Of a DNA stretch of 64,000 nucleotides, positions 20,302 through 30,321 are shown in pieces. Below the pieces are notes generated by a model. That model had not been told where the DNA came from. It saw only the letters and a list, made by a program, of their open reading frames with translations, and ran no database searches. Source of the DNA: an uncultured Chloroflexia bacterium (GTDB lineage: Bacteria > Chloroflexota > Anaerolineae > CG2-30-64-16); contig CAVZDU010000008.1 in assembly GCA_963774265.1 (NCBI GenBank), forward strand, positions 32,001-96,000. Direction: 5' to 3'. Position 1 is the stretch's first letter. Every line of letters begins with the position of its first letter. Both the position numbers and the translations under genes were made by a program.

Positions 20302-21783
20302 ATGACGGAATACAGCATCGCGCGATTGCAGGAGCACATGTCGAGCGGCAATATGACCGCACGCACCATCACGGAGAGTTACCTGCGGCGGATTGCAGAG
20401 ATCGACCAGGCCGGCCCCAGGCTAAACGCTGTGATTGAAGTCAACCCCGAGGCGCTCGATATCGCGGACAGGCTGGACCGCGAGCGCATCGAATTTGGCC
20501 CGCGGGGGCCGCTGCATGGCGTCCCCGTCCTCCTGAAAGATAACATCGACACCGCAGACCGCATGCAGACCACTGCGGGTTCCCTGGCGCTGGCAGGCCA
20601 CATTGCCGATCAGGATGCGACGATCGCTGCCAAACTTCGTGCAGCAGGTGCAGTGATCCTGGGTAAGACCAACCTCAGCGAATGGGCCAATTTCCGTTCC
20701 AATCATTCAACCAGCGGCTGGAGCAGCCGGGGTGGCCAGACGCGCAACCCGTATGCGCTTGATCGCAATCCGTGCGGTTCGTCCTCCGGCTCCGCCGTTG
20801 CGGTCGCTGCGAACCTGTGCGCCGCAGCCGTGGGCACCGAGACCGACGGCTCCATTATCTGCCCTAGCCAGACGTGCGGCATCGTCGGTATCAAGCCGAC
20901 GCTGGGGCAGATCAGCCGCGCGGGGATCATCCCCATCGCACACAGCCAGGACACGGCCGGCCCGATGGCACGCACCGTGGCCGACGCCGCGCTGCTGCTG
21001 GCAGTCCTCACTGGTCCTGACCCGCGCGATCCGATCACATCCCAGAGCGAAGCTCCTCTCCGCCTGCAGCTCGATCCGGACGGTCTGCACGGCGCGCGAA
21101 TTGGCATTGCTCGCAGCTCCTTCGGCTTCAACCCTCGCGTCGACGCGATCATGGAAGACTGTATCAAGGTGCTGAGGGCGTTGGGCGCGCAGGTCATTGA
21201 TCCCGTCGAAGTCGCACACGCCAAGGAGATCAGCGACACAGAAACCGAAGTGCTGCTATATGAGTTTCGAGCGGACCTGGACGCCTACCTGGCAGCGCAG
21301 GGGCCCACCGCACACGTCAGATCACTCGCCGGCGTCATCGCGTTCAATGAGGCGCACGCAGATCGCGTCATGCCCTACTTTGGACAGGAACTCATGCACA
21401 TGGCCGGCGAGAAAGGCCCTCTGACTGAAGAGAAGTATCTGCGGGCACTCGCCACGAATCACCGGCTGGCGCGCACGGAGGGCTTGGACGCCACCCTGGC
21501 GCAGAACAGTCTCGACGCAATCCTGGAGCCGTCGGGAGGCCCCGCCTGGCTCACCGACTACATCGCGGGTGACCACCACACCGGCGGCAACTCGTCACCT
21601 GCTGCAGTTGCGGGCTATCCCAGTATCACCGTCCCGGCCGGCTACGCGCACGGATTGCCCATCGGCCTCACCTTCACCGGTGCAGCATGGAGTGAGCCGG
21701 CGCTGATCCAGTATACATACGCGTTCGAGCAGGCAACTCACGTTCGCCAGCCGCCGCAGTTCCTGCCCAGCCTACGTTTATGA
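20302..21783 (+). CDS. Amidase-signature family amidase
   Basis: LLKDNI (Lys), CGSSSGS, GTETDGSI (Ser-cisSer-Lys triad). Confidence 0.93.
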   Translation: MTEYSIARLQEHMSSGNMTARTITESYLRRIAEIDQAGPRLNAVIEVNPEALDIADRLDRERIEFGPRGPLHGVPVLLKDNIDTADRMQTTAGSLALAGHIADQDATIAAKLRAAGAVILGKTNLSEWANFRSNHSTSGWSSRGGQTRNPYALDRNPCGSSSGSAVAVAANLCAAAVGTETDGSIICPSQTCGIVGIKPTLGQISRAGIIPIAHSQDTAGPMARTVADAALLLAVLTGPDPRDPITSQSEAPLRLQLDPDGLHGARIGIARSSFGFNPRVDAIMEDCIKVLRALGAQVIDPVEVAHAKEISDTETEVLLYEFRADLDAYLAAQGPTAHVRSLAGVIAFNEAHADRVMPYFGQELMHMAGEKGPLTEEKYLRALATNHRLARTEGLDATLAQNSLDAILEPSGGPAWLTDYIAGDHHTGGNSSPAAVAGYPSITVPAGYAHGLPIGLTFTGAAWSEPALIQYTYAFEQATHVRQPPQFLPSLRL

Positions 21784-21829
21784 CCGAAAGAGCGTACGAC
21801 GCACCACTCAGCTTGCAGGAGGCTATACC

Positions 21830-23821
21830 GTGAGCAAAGACAATCCATCCCTGGAGATCGACTTTCTCCGTCCATCCGAAGACACAACTCGCGACGGGCT
21901 GGAAACCTTTAGGCCAGAAGAAGTGCAAACCCCAGCATTCCCGGACATAACCCGCATTCAGACCATGCAGCGTGTCGAAGATCTTGTCGAGGCAGGCGTC
22001 GCGCCGAGCGATGTACTTCGCGCAGAAGGACCGACGGACGATGCCGACCTTGAGGTTGTGATCGGCGAGGCCAACTTTCTCCCCGCCTGGTTCCTCCAAA
22101 TAGGTGCAGAGTCGGCGGCGGCGGTGTGCAAAATCGAAGCCTCAGGGGTCAACCACCAGGGCGCCAGCGGTGCATGGAGCGGCACTGGCTTTCTGGTCAC
22201 CCCTAACGTCCTCCTGACCAACCACCACGTTCTAAACTCAATCGAGGTGGCACGCGGCGCCACGTGCATCTTCAACTACCAATACGACCGCGACGGAAAG
22301 TTGGGCGCCACCAAGAGCTACCACCTCGACCCCGACCGGCTGTTCATCACCAGCGCCACGCTCGGTGGGCTTGATTTCACCTTCGTATGGGTGAAGGACG
22401 AGCCGGGCGCCGAGTTCGGTCACATCGAACTGGACCGCAACGCATTCACGATCCGCGACTTCGAGTACGTGAACGTCATTCAACATCCGGCGGGCCGGCC
22501 CAAGAGCGTTGTGTTACAGGACAACCGCGTCCGCAAGCAGGACGAAAGCCTTGTCCACTACACATCAGACACCGAGCCGGGATCGTCGGGCAGTTGCGTG
22601 TTCAACAACCTCTGGACACCCGTCGCGCTGCACCACGCTTCGCGACCTGCACCGCCTGACGAGGTACAGGCAGGGTATCAGTACCTCAATGAGGGGATCA
22701 AATTCACGGCCATTGCCACCTACCTGGAGCAGGAGGCCCAGAAGGGACAGGCGGATAGCACCATGGCCCGCGAAGTGCTGGGCGCCATTGTGGGCAGCGA
22801 CGCTAAGCTTGGCTTCTTCGGCTCGTTGGGCCGCGCAACCCCGGCTCCTGCCGCCGATCCGCTTGAAGCGATCGTTGCCAGCTATCAAGGCGAGCTCCAG
22901 GATATTGACGTGGCCTTCTGGAACATCGAGTGGTTCAGTCGCCGCCCGGAAAAACTGCCCGATGTGGCCCAGGTGATCAAGAACATGAACCTTGATATCT
23001 GGGCCTTCGAGGAAGCCTCGCCAGCCGTCACTCAGGCGTTGGTGGACTATCTCCGCGATAAGTACAACATGGACTTCGGCATGGGAGCCTCGGATCCGAA
23101 CGCATCCGATGCTGTGCAGAGTACGACTGTGATCTGGAACAAGAACACGGTCACCGGGGAAGCCGGGCAATGGCCTGCGGAGATCAACAAATGGTTCGGC
23201 GTGCATAGCACTCAGTTTGACAAGCTTGGGCTGGAGGCAGTGGAGGGCAAGATCTTCCCGCGGCAGCCAGGCCTGTTCCACTTCACTGCGGTGACGCCAC
23301 CCGGCGCAGCCCCGTTCGACTTCTACCTGGTCCCCCTCCACTTGAAGGCGATGGACGAGGGGAGCAAGCGCAGGCGCATGGCTGCCGCCATTCTGGGCGC
23401 GGCCGTTCAAGAGATGATCACGAAATACAACAACGACGCCGACTGGGTTCTGGGAGGTGATTTCAATGCGCAGCTGGCATCGCAGGATTTCGCCAGCCTG
23501 TTCAAACACGACATGGTGGCGGTCAGTGCGCAGGATGAAGGCCAGGGTGCGTTCTCATATCTGAAACGCCCCAAGTCGCTCATCGATCACATCTTCCTCT
23601 CGGCCAATCTGGCGCAGACCTATGGTTCGGGAGACTTCTTCATCGTTGCGGCTGAGAAGACCTTGCCGAAGTATCTCAAGCGTCTGAGCGATCACCGGCC
23701 CGTGCTGGTGCGACTGAGCCTCAGGCCGGTTGCTGCAGCGGCCCCGGAGGCTGGCGAAGAGCTACCACCGGAGCTGGCGTCCCTGCTGGCGCGAATTGAC
23801 GAAGCGCGAGCGGGAGCATGA
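21830..23821 (+). CDS. Trypsin-like (V8/glutamyl-type) serine protease fused to endonuclease/exonuclease/phosphatase (EEP) domain
   Basis: Protease triad LTNHHV / LDFT / DTEPGSSGS, plus VALHH; EEP motifs FWNIE, FEE, LHLKA, GGDFNA, IDHIF, SDHRPV. Confidence 0.88.
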   Translation: MSKDNPSLEIDFLRPSEDTTRDGLETFRPEEVQTPAFPDITRIQTMQRVEDLVEAGVAPSDVLRAEGPTDDADLEVVIGEANFLPAWFLQIGAESAAAVCKIEASGVNHQGASGAWSGTGFLVTPNVLLTNHHVLNSIEVARGATCIFNYQYDRDGKLGATKSYHLDPDRLFITSATLGGLDFTFVWVKDEPGAEFGHIELDRNAFTIRDFEYVNVIQHPAGRPKSVVLQDNRVRKQDESLVHYTSDTEPGSSGSCVFNNLWTPVALHHASRPAPPDEVQAGYQYLNEGIKFTAIATYLEQEAQKGQADSTMAREVLGAIVGSDAKLGFFGSLGRATPAPAADPLEAIVASYQGELQDIDVAFWNIEWFSRRPEKLPDVAQVIKNMNLDIWAFEEASPAVTQALVDYLRDKYNMDFGMGASDPNASDAVQSTTVIWNKNTVTGEAGQWPAEINKWFGVHSTQFDKLGLEAVEGKIFPRQPGLFHFTAVTPPGAAPFDFYLVPLHLKAMDEGSKRRRMAAAILGAAVQEMITKYNNDADWVLGGDFNAQLASQDFASLFKHDMVAVSAQDEGQGAFSYLKRPKSLIDHIFLSANLAQTYGSGDFFIVAAEKTLPKYLKRLSDHRPVLVRLSLRPVAAAAPEAGEELPPELASLLARIDEARAGA

Positions 23822-23878
23822 GATGACTGGATTGACGTTCTGACATCCACTCGCATCCTCGTGGGTGTCCAGATCTTC

Positions 23879-23915
23879 AGGAGTGCGGCGAACTCCGCTC
23901 TTGCGCCGCACTCCT
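23879..23915 (+). terminator. Hairpin downstream of the protease-EEP gene (terminator or REP-like)
   Basis: AGGAGTGCGGCG...CGCCGCACTCCT 12-bp stem followed by TGATTT. Confidence 0.55.
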
Positions 23916-24106
23916 TGATTTCCACCCCCACTAAAGCCTCCATCAGACACTTTCCAGATCGTACTCACCCCGTCGTGCAAAAGATGACCCCATGCAGTCA
24001 AATCCTACTTGGCTGGAGACGCACCGCTGACTTTCACAGCCCTGCCCTTCATAATGGGATGTGAGGTCGATAGCGCCAAGTGCTAATAATTTTAAGGTCA
24101 AGGGTA

Positions 24107-24176
24107 TTGACAAATGTGAGCCCAAGTGATAGTATGTGCATGCAATTAAGTTACTTATCATTCACATATGTGAATG
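24107..24176 (+). promoter_or_regulatory. Promoter of the BMC locus with palindromic operator
   Basis: TTGACA (24107)-N17-TAGTAT (24130) with extended TG; perfect 18-bp palindrome CATTCACATATGTGAATG at 24159-24176. Confidence 0.7.
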
Positions 24177-24338
24177 CCCTATTCCGACGGACCTTTGTAC
24201 CATCCCTGAATTGCAGCAGGTCAGTCAAGCTGGATCGCGAACGGGTGATCTCCCCTTGATTGCCTCGCATTCACCCCACGGCGTAGTTCCGTGGACAGTT
24301 GTCCCTCATTCACTGTCAGGATCGGAGATACTGACGCC

Positions 24339-26424
24339 ATGCGACAGGCTATCGTCTCAGAACCCCTCATCGATGCGAGGCTCGGGCTACCGCCCGCGCG
24401 CCTCACAGACATGCTCTACAAGATGCACCTCACGCGTATTTTCGAGGAATCAGCCTTCGAGCAGTACGCGCTCGGCAAGGTGCACGGCACGATGCATCTC
24501 TGCGCCGGGCAGGAAGCCGTGGCGATCGGTGCGATTGGCGCCCTTCGCCCGGATGACCTGATCATCTCGACTCACCGCGGCCACGGCCACGCCATCGCCA
24601 AGGGGCAGGACATCAACACGATGATGGCCGAGCTGCTGGCTAAGGAGACCGGTGTCTGCCGGGGTCGCGGCGGCTCGATGCACATGGCCGATGTGACTCT
24701 GGGCAGCCTGGGCGCAAACGGCGTCGTGGCCGGCGGCCTGCCGCTGTCGGTGGGCGCCGGGTTGACCCTCAAGCTGCAGGGCGGCGACCAGGTGTGCATC
24801 TGCTTCTTCGGCGATGGCGCATCGAACGAAGGCGCCTTCCACGAGAGCATCAACATGGCCGCTGTCTGGAAGCTGCCGGTCATCTACCTCTGCGAAAACA
24901 ACCAGTACGGTATGTCCAGTCGGTCAAGCACGTCATGGCGGCTGCCGATATCGCCGACCGCGCGTTGGCCTACGGCATCCCCGGCGAGACGGTCGATGGC
25001 ATGGACCCGCTGGCCGTCTACGAGGCCGTGAAGCGGGCGACAGCGCACGCCCGCTCGGGCAATGGCCCGGTGCTCATCAACGCCGTCACCTATCGCTACT
25101 ACGGCCACTCGAAGAGCGACAAGCAGCGTCTACCGCACCAAGGAAGAGGTCGAGACGTGGCGGGCCAGGGATCCGCTCGTTACGTTCCGCGATCGTCTGA
25201 TCGCTGACGGCGTTCTGACCGGCGCCGATGCCGCTGCCTTGGTCGAACAGGCTCAGAAGACGATCGACGACGCCATCGCCTGGGGCGATGCCAGCCCGGA
25301 GCCGTCGGTGGAGCACCTGACGGACGATGTGTACGCCGATGAGCCGGACGTGCTGGCTGCGCCGGAGCACGTGCTGCCGGCATGGATCAAGCAAACCTTC
25401 GGCCCCGCCACACGCCATCAATCCTGACCCCGGCGCCCGTGAGATCAGCTACTCTGAAGCGCTGCGCGAGGCGATGCGCGCAGGCGCTGAAAGCCGATCG
25501 ATCGTGTCTACCTGATCGGCGAGGACATCGGCGTTTACGGCGGTGCATTCGGCGTGACGCAGGGGCTCGATCGAGGAGTTCGGGCAGGAGCGCGTGCGCG
25601 ACACCCCCATCTCGGAGAACGCCATCGCGGGCGCGGCGGTGGGCACCGCGGTGACCGGGATGCGCCCCATCGCCGAGATGCAGTTCATGGATTTCCTGAC
25701 CCTGGCATGGAGCAGTTGGTGCTCCAGGGCGCCAAGATCCGCTACATGTTCGGCGGCAAGGCCAGCGTGCCGATGGTGCTCCGCCTGCCGGCCGGGTCGG
25801 GCACCGGCGCGGCGGCTCAACACTCCGAGAGCCTGGAGTCGTGGCTGGTGAATGTGCCGGGTCTGAAGGTGGTGGCGCCCAGCACACCGTACGACGCCAA
25901 AGGCTTGCTGCTGGCTGCCATCGCCGACAACAACCCGGTGATGTTCGTCGAGAACAAGCTGCTCTACAAGGCCAAGGGTCCCGTGCCGGAGGAACCCTAC
26001 ATCGTCCCGCTTGGCAAAGCTGCAATTCGGCGTCAGGGAAGCCATGTCACCGTGGTGGCGACGTCGATCATGGTCGTGCGTGCGCTGGAGGCGGCGCAGA
26101 AGCTGGCCCCGGAGGGCATCGAACTGGAGGTGATCGACCTCCGCACGCTCAAACCGTACGATGGCGAGACGATCATCGCTTCGGTGAAGCACACCGGACG
26201 GCTGCTGATGGTCCACGAGGCGCCGCTGATCGGCGGTTTCGGCGGCGAGATCGTCGCCATGATCGCCCAGAGCCCGGCGTTCGCCTACCTGGAAGCGCCC
26301 AATCGTGCGCCTGGGCGGCGCCGATGTGCCCATTCCCTACAACCCAAAGCTCGAACGTGCCGCGGTGCCGCAGGTCGAGGACATCGTCGAGGCGGCGCGG
26401 CAGCTTGCCCGCACCGAGATTTAG
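24339..26424 (+). CDS. TPP-dependent acetoin/2-oxoacid dehydrogenase E1, alpha and beta apparently fused (multiple frameshifts)
   Basis: Alpha: [23 protein letters not shown]...ENNQY, YRYYGHS; beta: [35 protein letters not shown]; alpha sequence runs into beta with no stop plus RBS/ATG. Confidence 0.85.
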
Positions 26425-26437
26425 CAGGGGAATCCAT

Positions 26438-27873
26438 ATGCCGACCGCTGTGATCATGCCCAAGTTTGAGATGGCCCAGGAGACCGGCAAGGTGGCCACT
26501 GGCTGAAGGCCGAGGGTGACGTCGTCAAGAGAGGGGACGCCATCCTTGAGGTCGAGACCGACAAGGTCACCCTGGAGGTCGAGGCTTTAGCCGACGGGAT
26601 TCTGATGGGCATTACCGCCCGGACCGGTGACGTTGTGCCGATTGGCCAGACCATTGCCTATCTCGTGAAACCCGGCGAGTCGTTTTCCGGCGCAGGTCCG
26701 ACCCCTGCCAGTCGGGCGGTTGTCGATGCAGCGCAGCCGGCGCTATCGCGACCGTCCCACCCACAGGACGCCTCCGGCTCTGGGGATATTGCGCACGCTG
26801 TCTCGGCCTCGCCTCTCGCCGTTCGCCTGGCCGAAAACCTCGGTGTCGACCTGGCGCACGTGAAAGGCACGGGGCTGCGCGGACAGGTCACGCGAGAGGA
26901 TGTGGAGGCCTACGCTGCGTCGCAGCCGTCTCCATCCACGACCGACGATGGTAAAGTGCGCGCCGTGCCAGCCGCTCGACGTCTGGCGCGCGAGCTGGGG
27001 GTGGACCTGCGCAGGGTGGTTGGCACCGGGCCAGAGGGTCGCATCCAGCCGGACGACGTACGCGCGCACCTCCAAGCCACTGCCGTCGAAGGCGCGTCTA
27101 CCGCAGGGACCGCTGAGCCCGTTAGTGTTCAACTCGAGCCTCCCGTGGCATCCGCGATGCTTCCTGGCAGTCCCGCCATCCGCCGTCTGGTGCCGCTGAC
27201 CAACATCCGCCGCACCATCGCGGAACGCATGACGGCCAGCGTGCGTGAAGCGCCCCAGTTCACGGTCAGCCTGGACGCGGACATGACCCGCTCCCTGGCT
27301 ATCGTAGAGGATCTGCGCAATAGCGATGCGGGACCTGCCGGCCAGCCACGCATCACCCTGACCACACTGCTGATCAAGGCCAGCGCCTGGGCGCTGTGCC
27401 AGCACCCAGGCGTCAACGCCGCGTACCAGGATGGACAGGTCGCCGAGTGGGATGAGGTGAACATTGGCGTGGCCACTGCCATCGAGGCGGGATTGATCGT
27501 GCCGGTGATTCACCAGGCCGATCTGCTGGGGATGCGAGGAGTCGCTGCCCGGCTGGCCGATCTGACGAGTCGGGCACGCGAAAACCGGCTCAAGATCGAA
27601 GATCTGCAGGGCGGCACCTTCACCGTGTCCAATCTGGGCATGTTCGGCATCGATCGATTTACGGCCATCCTCAACCCGCCGCAGGCTGCGATTCTGGCCG
27701 TGGGGCGAGTCGCCAAGCGGGCGGTCGTGACCGCTGATGATCGCGTCGAGGTTCGGCCGGTGACCACGCTCACCCTGACCGCGGATCACCGGGTATTGGA
27801 CGGCGTCACAGCCGCGAAGTTTCTGGCGACGATCCAACGGGTGCTGGAGCATCCGGGCTTGTTGATGGAATAA
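26438..27873 (+). CDS. Dihydrolipoamide acyltransferase E2 (one lipoyl domain, two subunit-binding domains; frameshift near 26500)
   Basis: MPKFEM...EVETDKV lipoyl site; ASPLAVRLA and AVPAARRLA PSBDs; [17 protein letters not shown]. Confidence 0.9.
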
Positions 27874-27894
27874 CAAAAGGTAAGGAGCGAGTGA

Positions 27895-28980
27895 ATGTCC
27901 TCAGTACCAATGCTCCAGATTGCGATGGACTACATCACGCTACCCCCCGCGCTGGCGATGGCGATGAAGGTGGCTCCTGAGGTCGACATTATCGAGATCG
28001 GCACGCCGCTGTGTAAGGCGGTGGGCCTGGATGGCATCCGTGCCATGCGTGATCTGGTGGGTCCGGACAAGCTGATCCTGGCGGACTTCAAGAGCCCGGA
28101 TGTCGGCGGGCTGGAGGCCAAAATGGCCTTCGATGCCGGCGCCGACATGATGACTGTGATCGGCGGTGCCGCGCTGGCAACGGTGGAGTCGGCTCTCGCC
28201 GCGGCCAAGACAGCGCATAAAGAGATGCTCATGGAACTAACCGGGGTGCGCGACATTCTGGCCCGAGCCAAGGAGTGGCGGCAGATCGGCGTGGAGCGCA
28301 TGGTGTACCACCGTGGCTGGGACGAGCAGGCCAGCGACCGACAGTGGGTGGAGGAAGACCGCACGGTTATCCGCCAGCTTATCGACATGGGCTTCAAGAT
28401 CACCGTGACGGGCGGCCTCTCGAAACAATTGCTGCCTTTCTTCCAACCGCTGGCTGTGTCTGTGGTGATCTGCGGCCGCGGCATCCGCGAGACGCCTGAC
28501 CCTCGGCAGTCGGCCCATGAATTTCGGATGGAGATGCAACGGTTGTGGGGAACGGGCGGTGTTGTGCCCGCCTTTCCCGGAGGCAAGGTAGCGGCAAACA
28601 CCGCGGTGGAGAATGCGGCAAAAGCGCTCCGCTGGGGCGTAAGTGAGATGGGGCTAACCCTCACGGTCGATGGTCGCGATTGCCCAGGGTGTGACTCACC
28701 ACAACGCTTCTGCTGGGGAAGCCGCGTGGAGGTGGCCGCGCCGGCTGGCGTGAACGCTGGCGATATTGTGGCAAGGATCGCTCAGAATTTCGGACACACG
28801 CCCGCCGTGGCGCGCGGTGGTGACGGGAGTTTCATCCTTGATCCTGCGCAGCTGCCGAATACCACGCCGAACGAGGTGCTCGATTTGCTCCGGGCGGCAG
28901 GCAACGCGTTGCGTGCGCTCGGATGCGCGGTGGACGTGGCTGCCGGTGTTTCGGTAGCGGAAAACATCCTGCGCAATTAG
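27895..28980 (+). CDS. 3-keto-L-gulonate-6-P decarboxylase / hexulose-6-P synthase (OMPDC superfamily) with about 140-aa C-terminal extension
   Basis: LQIAMD, IEIGTP, ADFK..D, ELTG, YHRGWD, MGFKITVTGG, GR.IR, ..LWG follow UlaD/SgbH; extra domain after residue ~220. Confidence 0.82.
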   Translation: MSSVPMLQIAMDYITLPPALAMAMKVAPEVDIIEIGTPLCKAVGLDGIRAMRDLVGPDKLILADFKSPDVGGLEAKMAFDAGADMMTVIGGAALATVESALAAAKTAHKEMLMELTGVRDILARAKEWRQIGVERMVYHRGWDEQASDRQWVEEDRTVIRQLIDMGFKITVTGGLSKQLLPFFQPLAVSVVICGRGIRETPDPRQSAHEFRMEMQRLWGTGGVVPAFPGGKVAANTAVENAAKALRWGVSEMGLTLTVDGRDCPGCDSPQRFCWGSRVEVAAPAGVNAGDIVARIAQNFGHTPAVARGGDGSFILDPAQLPNTTPNEVLDLLRAAGNALRALGCAVDVAAGVSVAENILRN

Positions 28981-29012
28981 CCGCAGACGGAAGGCGCAAA
29001 CACTAAGGAGGA

Positions 29013-29336
29013 ATGATGGCACAAACCCACGTGCAGATGACCGCCCTCGGCATGGTCGAGACGCGGGGACTGGTGGCCTCGGTCGAGGCTGCGGATGCGA
29101 TGAGCAAGGTGGCATACGTCCGGCTGGTGGCGCAGGAGGAGATCGGCGGTGGATACGTCACGATCATGGTCCGAGGTGAGGTCGGCGCGGTGCAGGCGGC
29201 AGTGGATGCCGGCGTGGCGGCGGCAAAGCGGGCCGGCGAACTGGTGACCGCGCATGTGATCGCCCGGCCGCACGCCCTGGTGGAGAAACTGCTGCCCGGT
29301 GGCCCGACCCGCGTCGTGCGGGCGCTGGCCGATTGA
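29013..29336 (+). CDS. BMC shell hexamer protein (BMC-H)
   Basis: [22 protein letters not shown]...[17 protein letters not shown]...HVIARPH. Confidence 0.95.
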   Translation: MMAQTHVQMTALGMVETRGLVASVEAADAMSKVAYVRLVAQEEIGGGYVTIMVRGEVGAVQAAVDAGVAAAKRAGELVTAHVIARPHALVEKLLPGGPTRVVRALAD

Positions 29337-29347
29337 GAGGCTGACAC

Positions 29348-29977
29348 ATGGACCTCAGGACCTATGTTCTCATCGACTCCATGCAGCCCCAGTATGCGGC
29401 GCTGACAGGCATCCTGCTGCAGGGTGATACGCCCGTCGAGGGCATGGCGGAAATCTTCATGGAGCTGGCCCCGGCGAGCGACGTATACGAAGTGCTCGAC
29501 GCCGCGCTGAAGACAACCGAAGTCCGGCCAGGCCTGCTGCGGGTCGAGCGTGAGTACGGCACACTGGAGATCCACGGGTTCTTCCAGGAGAACGTAAAGA
29601 CCGCCGGCAGGGAAGCGCTTGTGAAGTTCGGTCTCACCGAGGCCGACCGCTGGAAGCCGGAGGTTGTCTCAGTCAAGACCGTGACCAACGTCGATCCCTA
29701 CGAGGCGCAGCTCGTCAACCAGACCAGCCGGGGCGGTCTTCTGCTCAAGGGTCAGACCTTGTGCGTGATCGAGGTGGTGCCGGCGGCCTACGTGATGCTC
29801 GCCGCCAACGAGGCGGAAAAGGCGGCCAACATCACTCTGGTGCACTACCAGCCCTCGGGCAGATTCGGCCGCCTGTACATCTCAGGCACCGAATCGGAAG
29901 TGCGCGTCGCTCGCGACGCAGCGGTCACTGCGGTCAACAGCCTGCCCGGTGCCACCCGCGGCAGAGGGGGCGCATAA
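29348..29977 (+). CDS. BMC tandem-domain shell protein, permuted double-stacking type (BMC-T, CsoS1D/CcmP-like)
   Basis: LRTYVLIDSMQPQ, EREYGTLEIH, AANEAEKAANI, GRFGRLYISG resemble permuted BMC-T proteins. Confidence 0.88.
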   Translation: MDLRTYVLIDSMQPQYAALTGILLQGDTPVEGMAEIFMELAPASDVYEVLDAALKTTEVRPGLLRVEREYGTLEIHGFFQENVKTAGREALVKFGLTEADRWKPEVVSVKTVTNVDPYEAQLVNQTSRGGLLLKGQTLCVIEVVPAAYVMLAANEAEKAANITLVHYQPSGRFGRLYISGTESEVRVARDAAVTAVNSLPGATRGRGGA

Positions 29978-29978
29978 C

Positions 29979-30302
29979 GTGAAGACCTTCATTTCCGCCA
30001 CGGACATCGAGGCGCTGGCCGCACAGGGTGTGCGCGAGCTGATGGTCGACGAGGATACGGTGCTGACGGCTGTCGCCCGGGAGGCAGCCGCGCAACTCGG
30101 GGTAAAGTTGGTAGCGCCTGGAGCGACAAGCTCTGCCCGACCGCCCGCGCAACCGGCGGCCGTCTTCGGGAAACCGAAGGGGTGCCAGCACGGGCCCCTG
30201 GGTGGGGAACGCAATTCAGCACCCACCCCGAGCGCGAAGGCTGCCAACCCGGTCGTCGACCAACTGATCGGTGCTGTAAAACAGCTCTATGGGCGGAATT
30301 GA
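29979..30302 (+). CDS. Small BMC-associated protein: EutQ-N-like domain, low-complexity linker, C-terminal amphipathic helix
   Basis: KTFISATDIE...TVLTAVAREAA; Pro/Ala linker; NPVVDQLIGAVKQLY; GTG start 2 nt after BMC-T stop. Confidence 0.65.
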   Translation: MKTFISATDIEALAAQGVRELMVDEDTVLTAVAREAAAQLGVKLVAPGATSSARPPAQPAAVFGKPKGCQHGPLGGERNSAPTPSAKAANPVVDQLIGAVKQLYGRN

Positions 30303-30321
30303 GGCTGAGGAGACGCACAAC

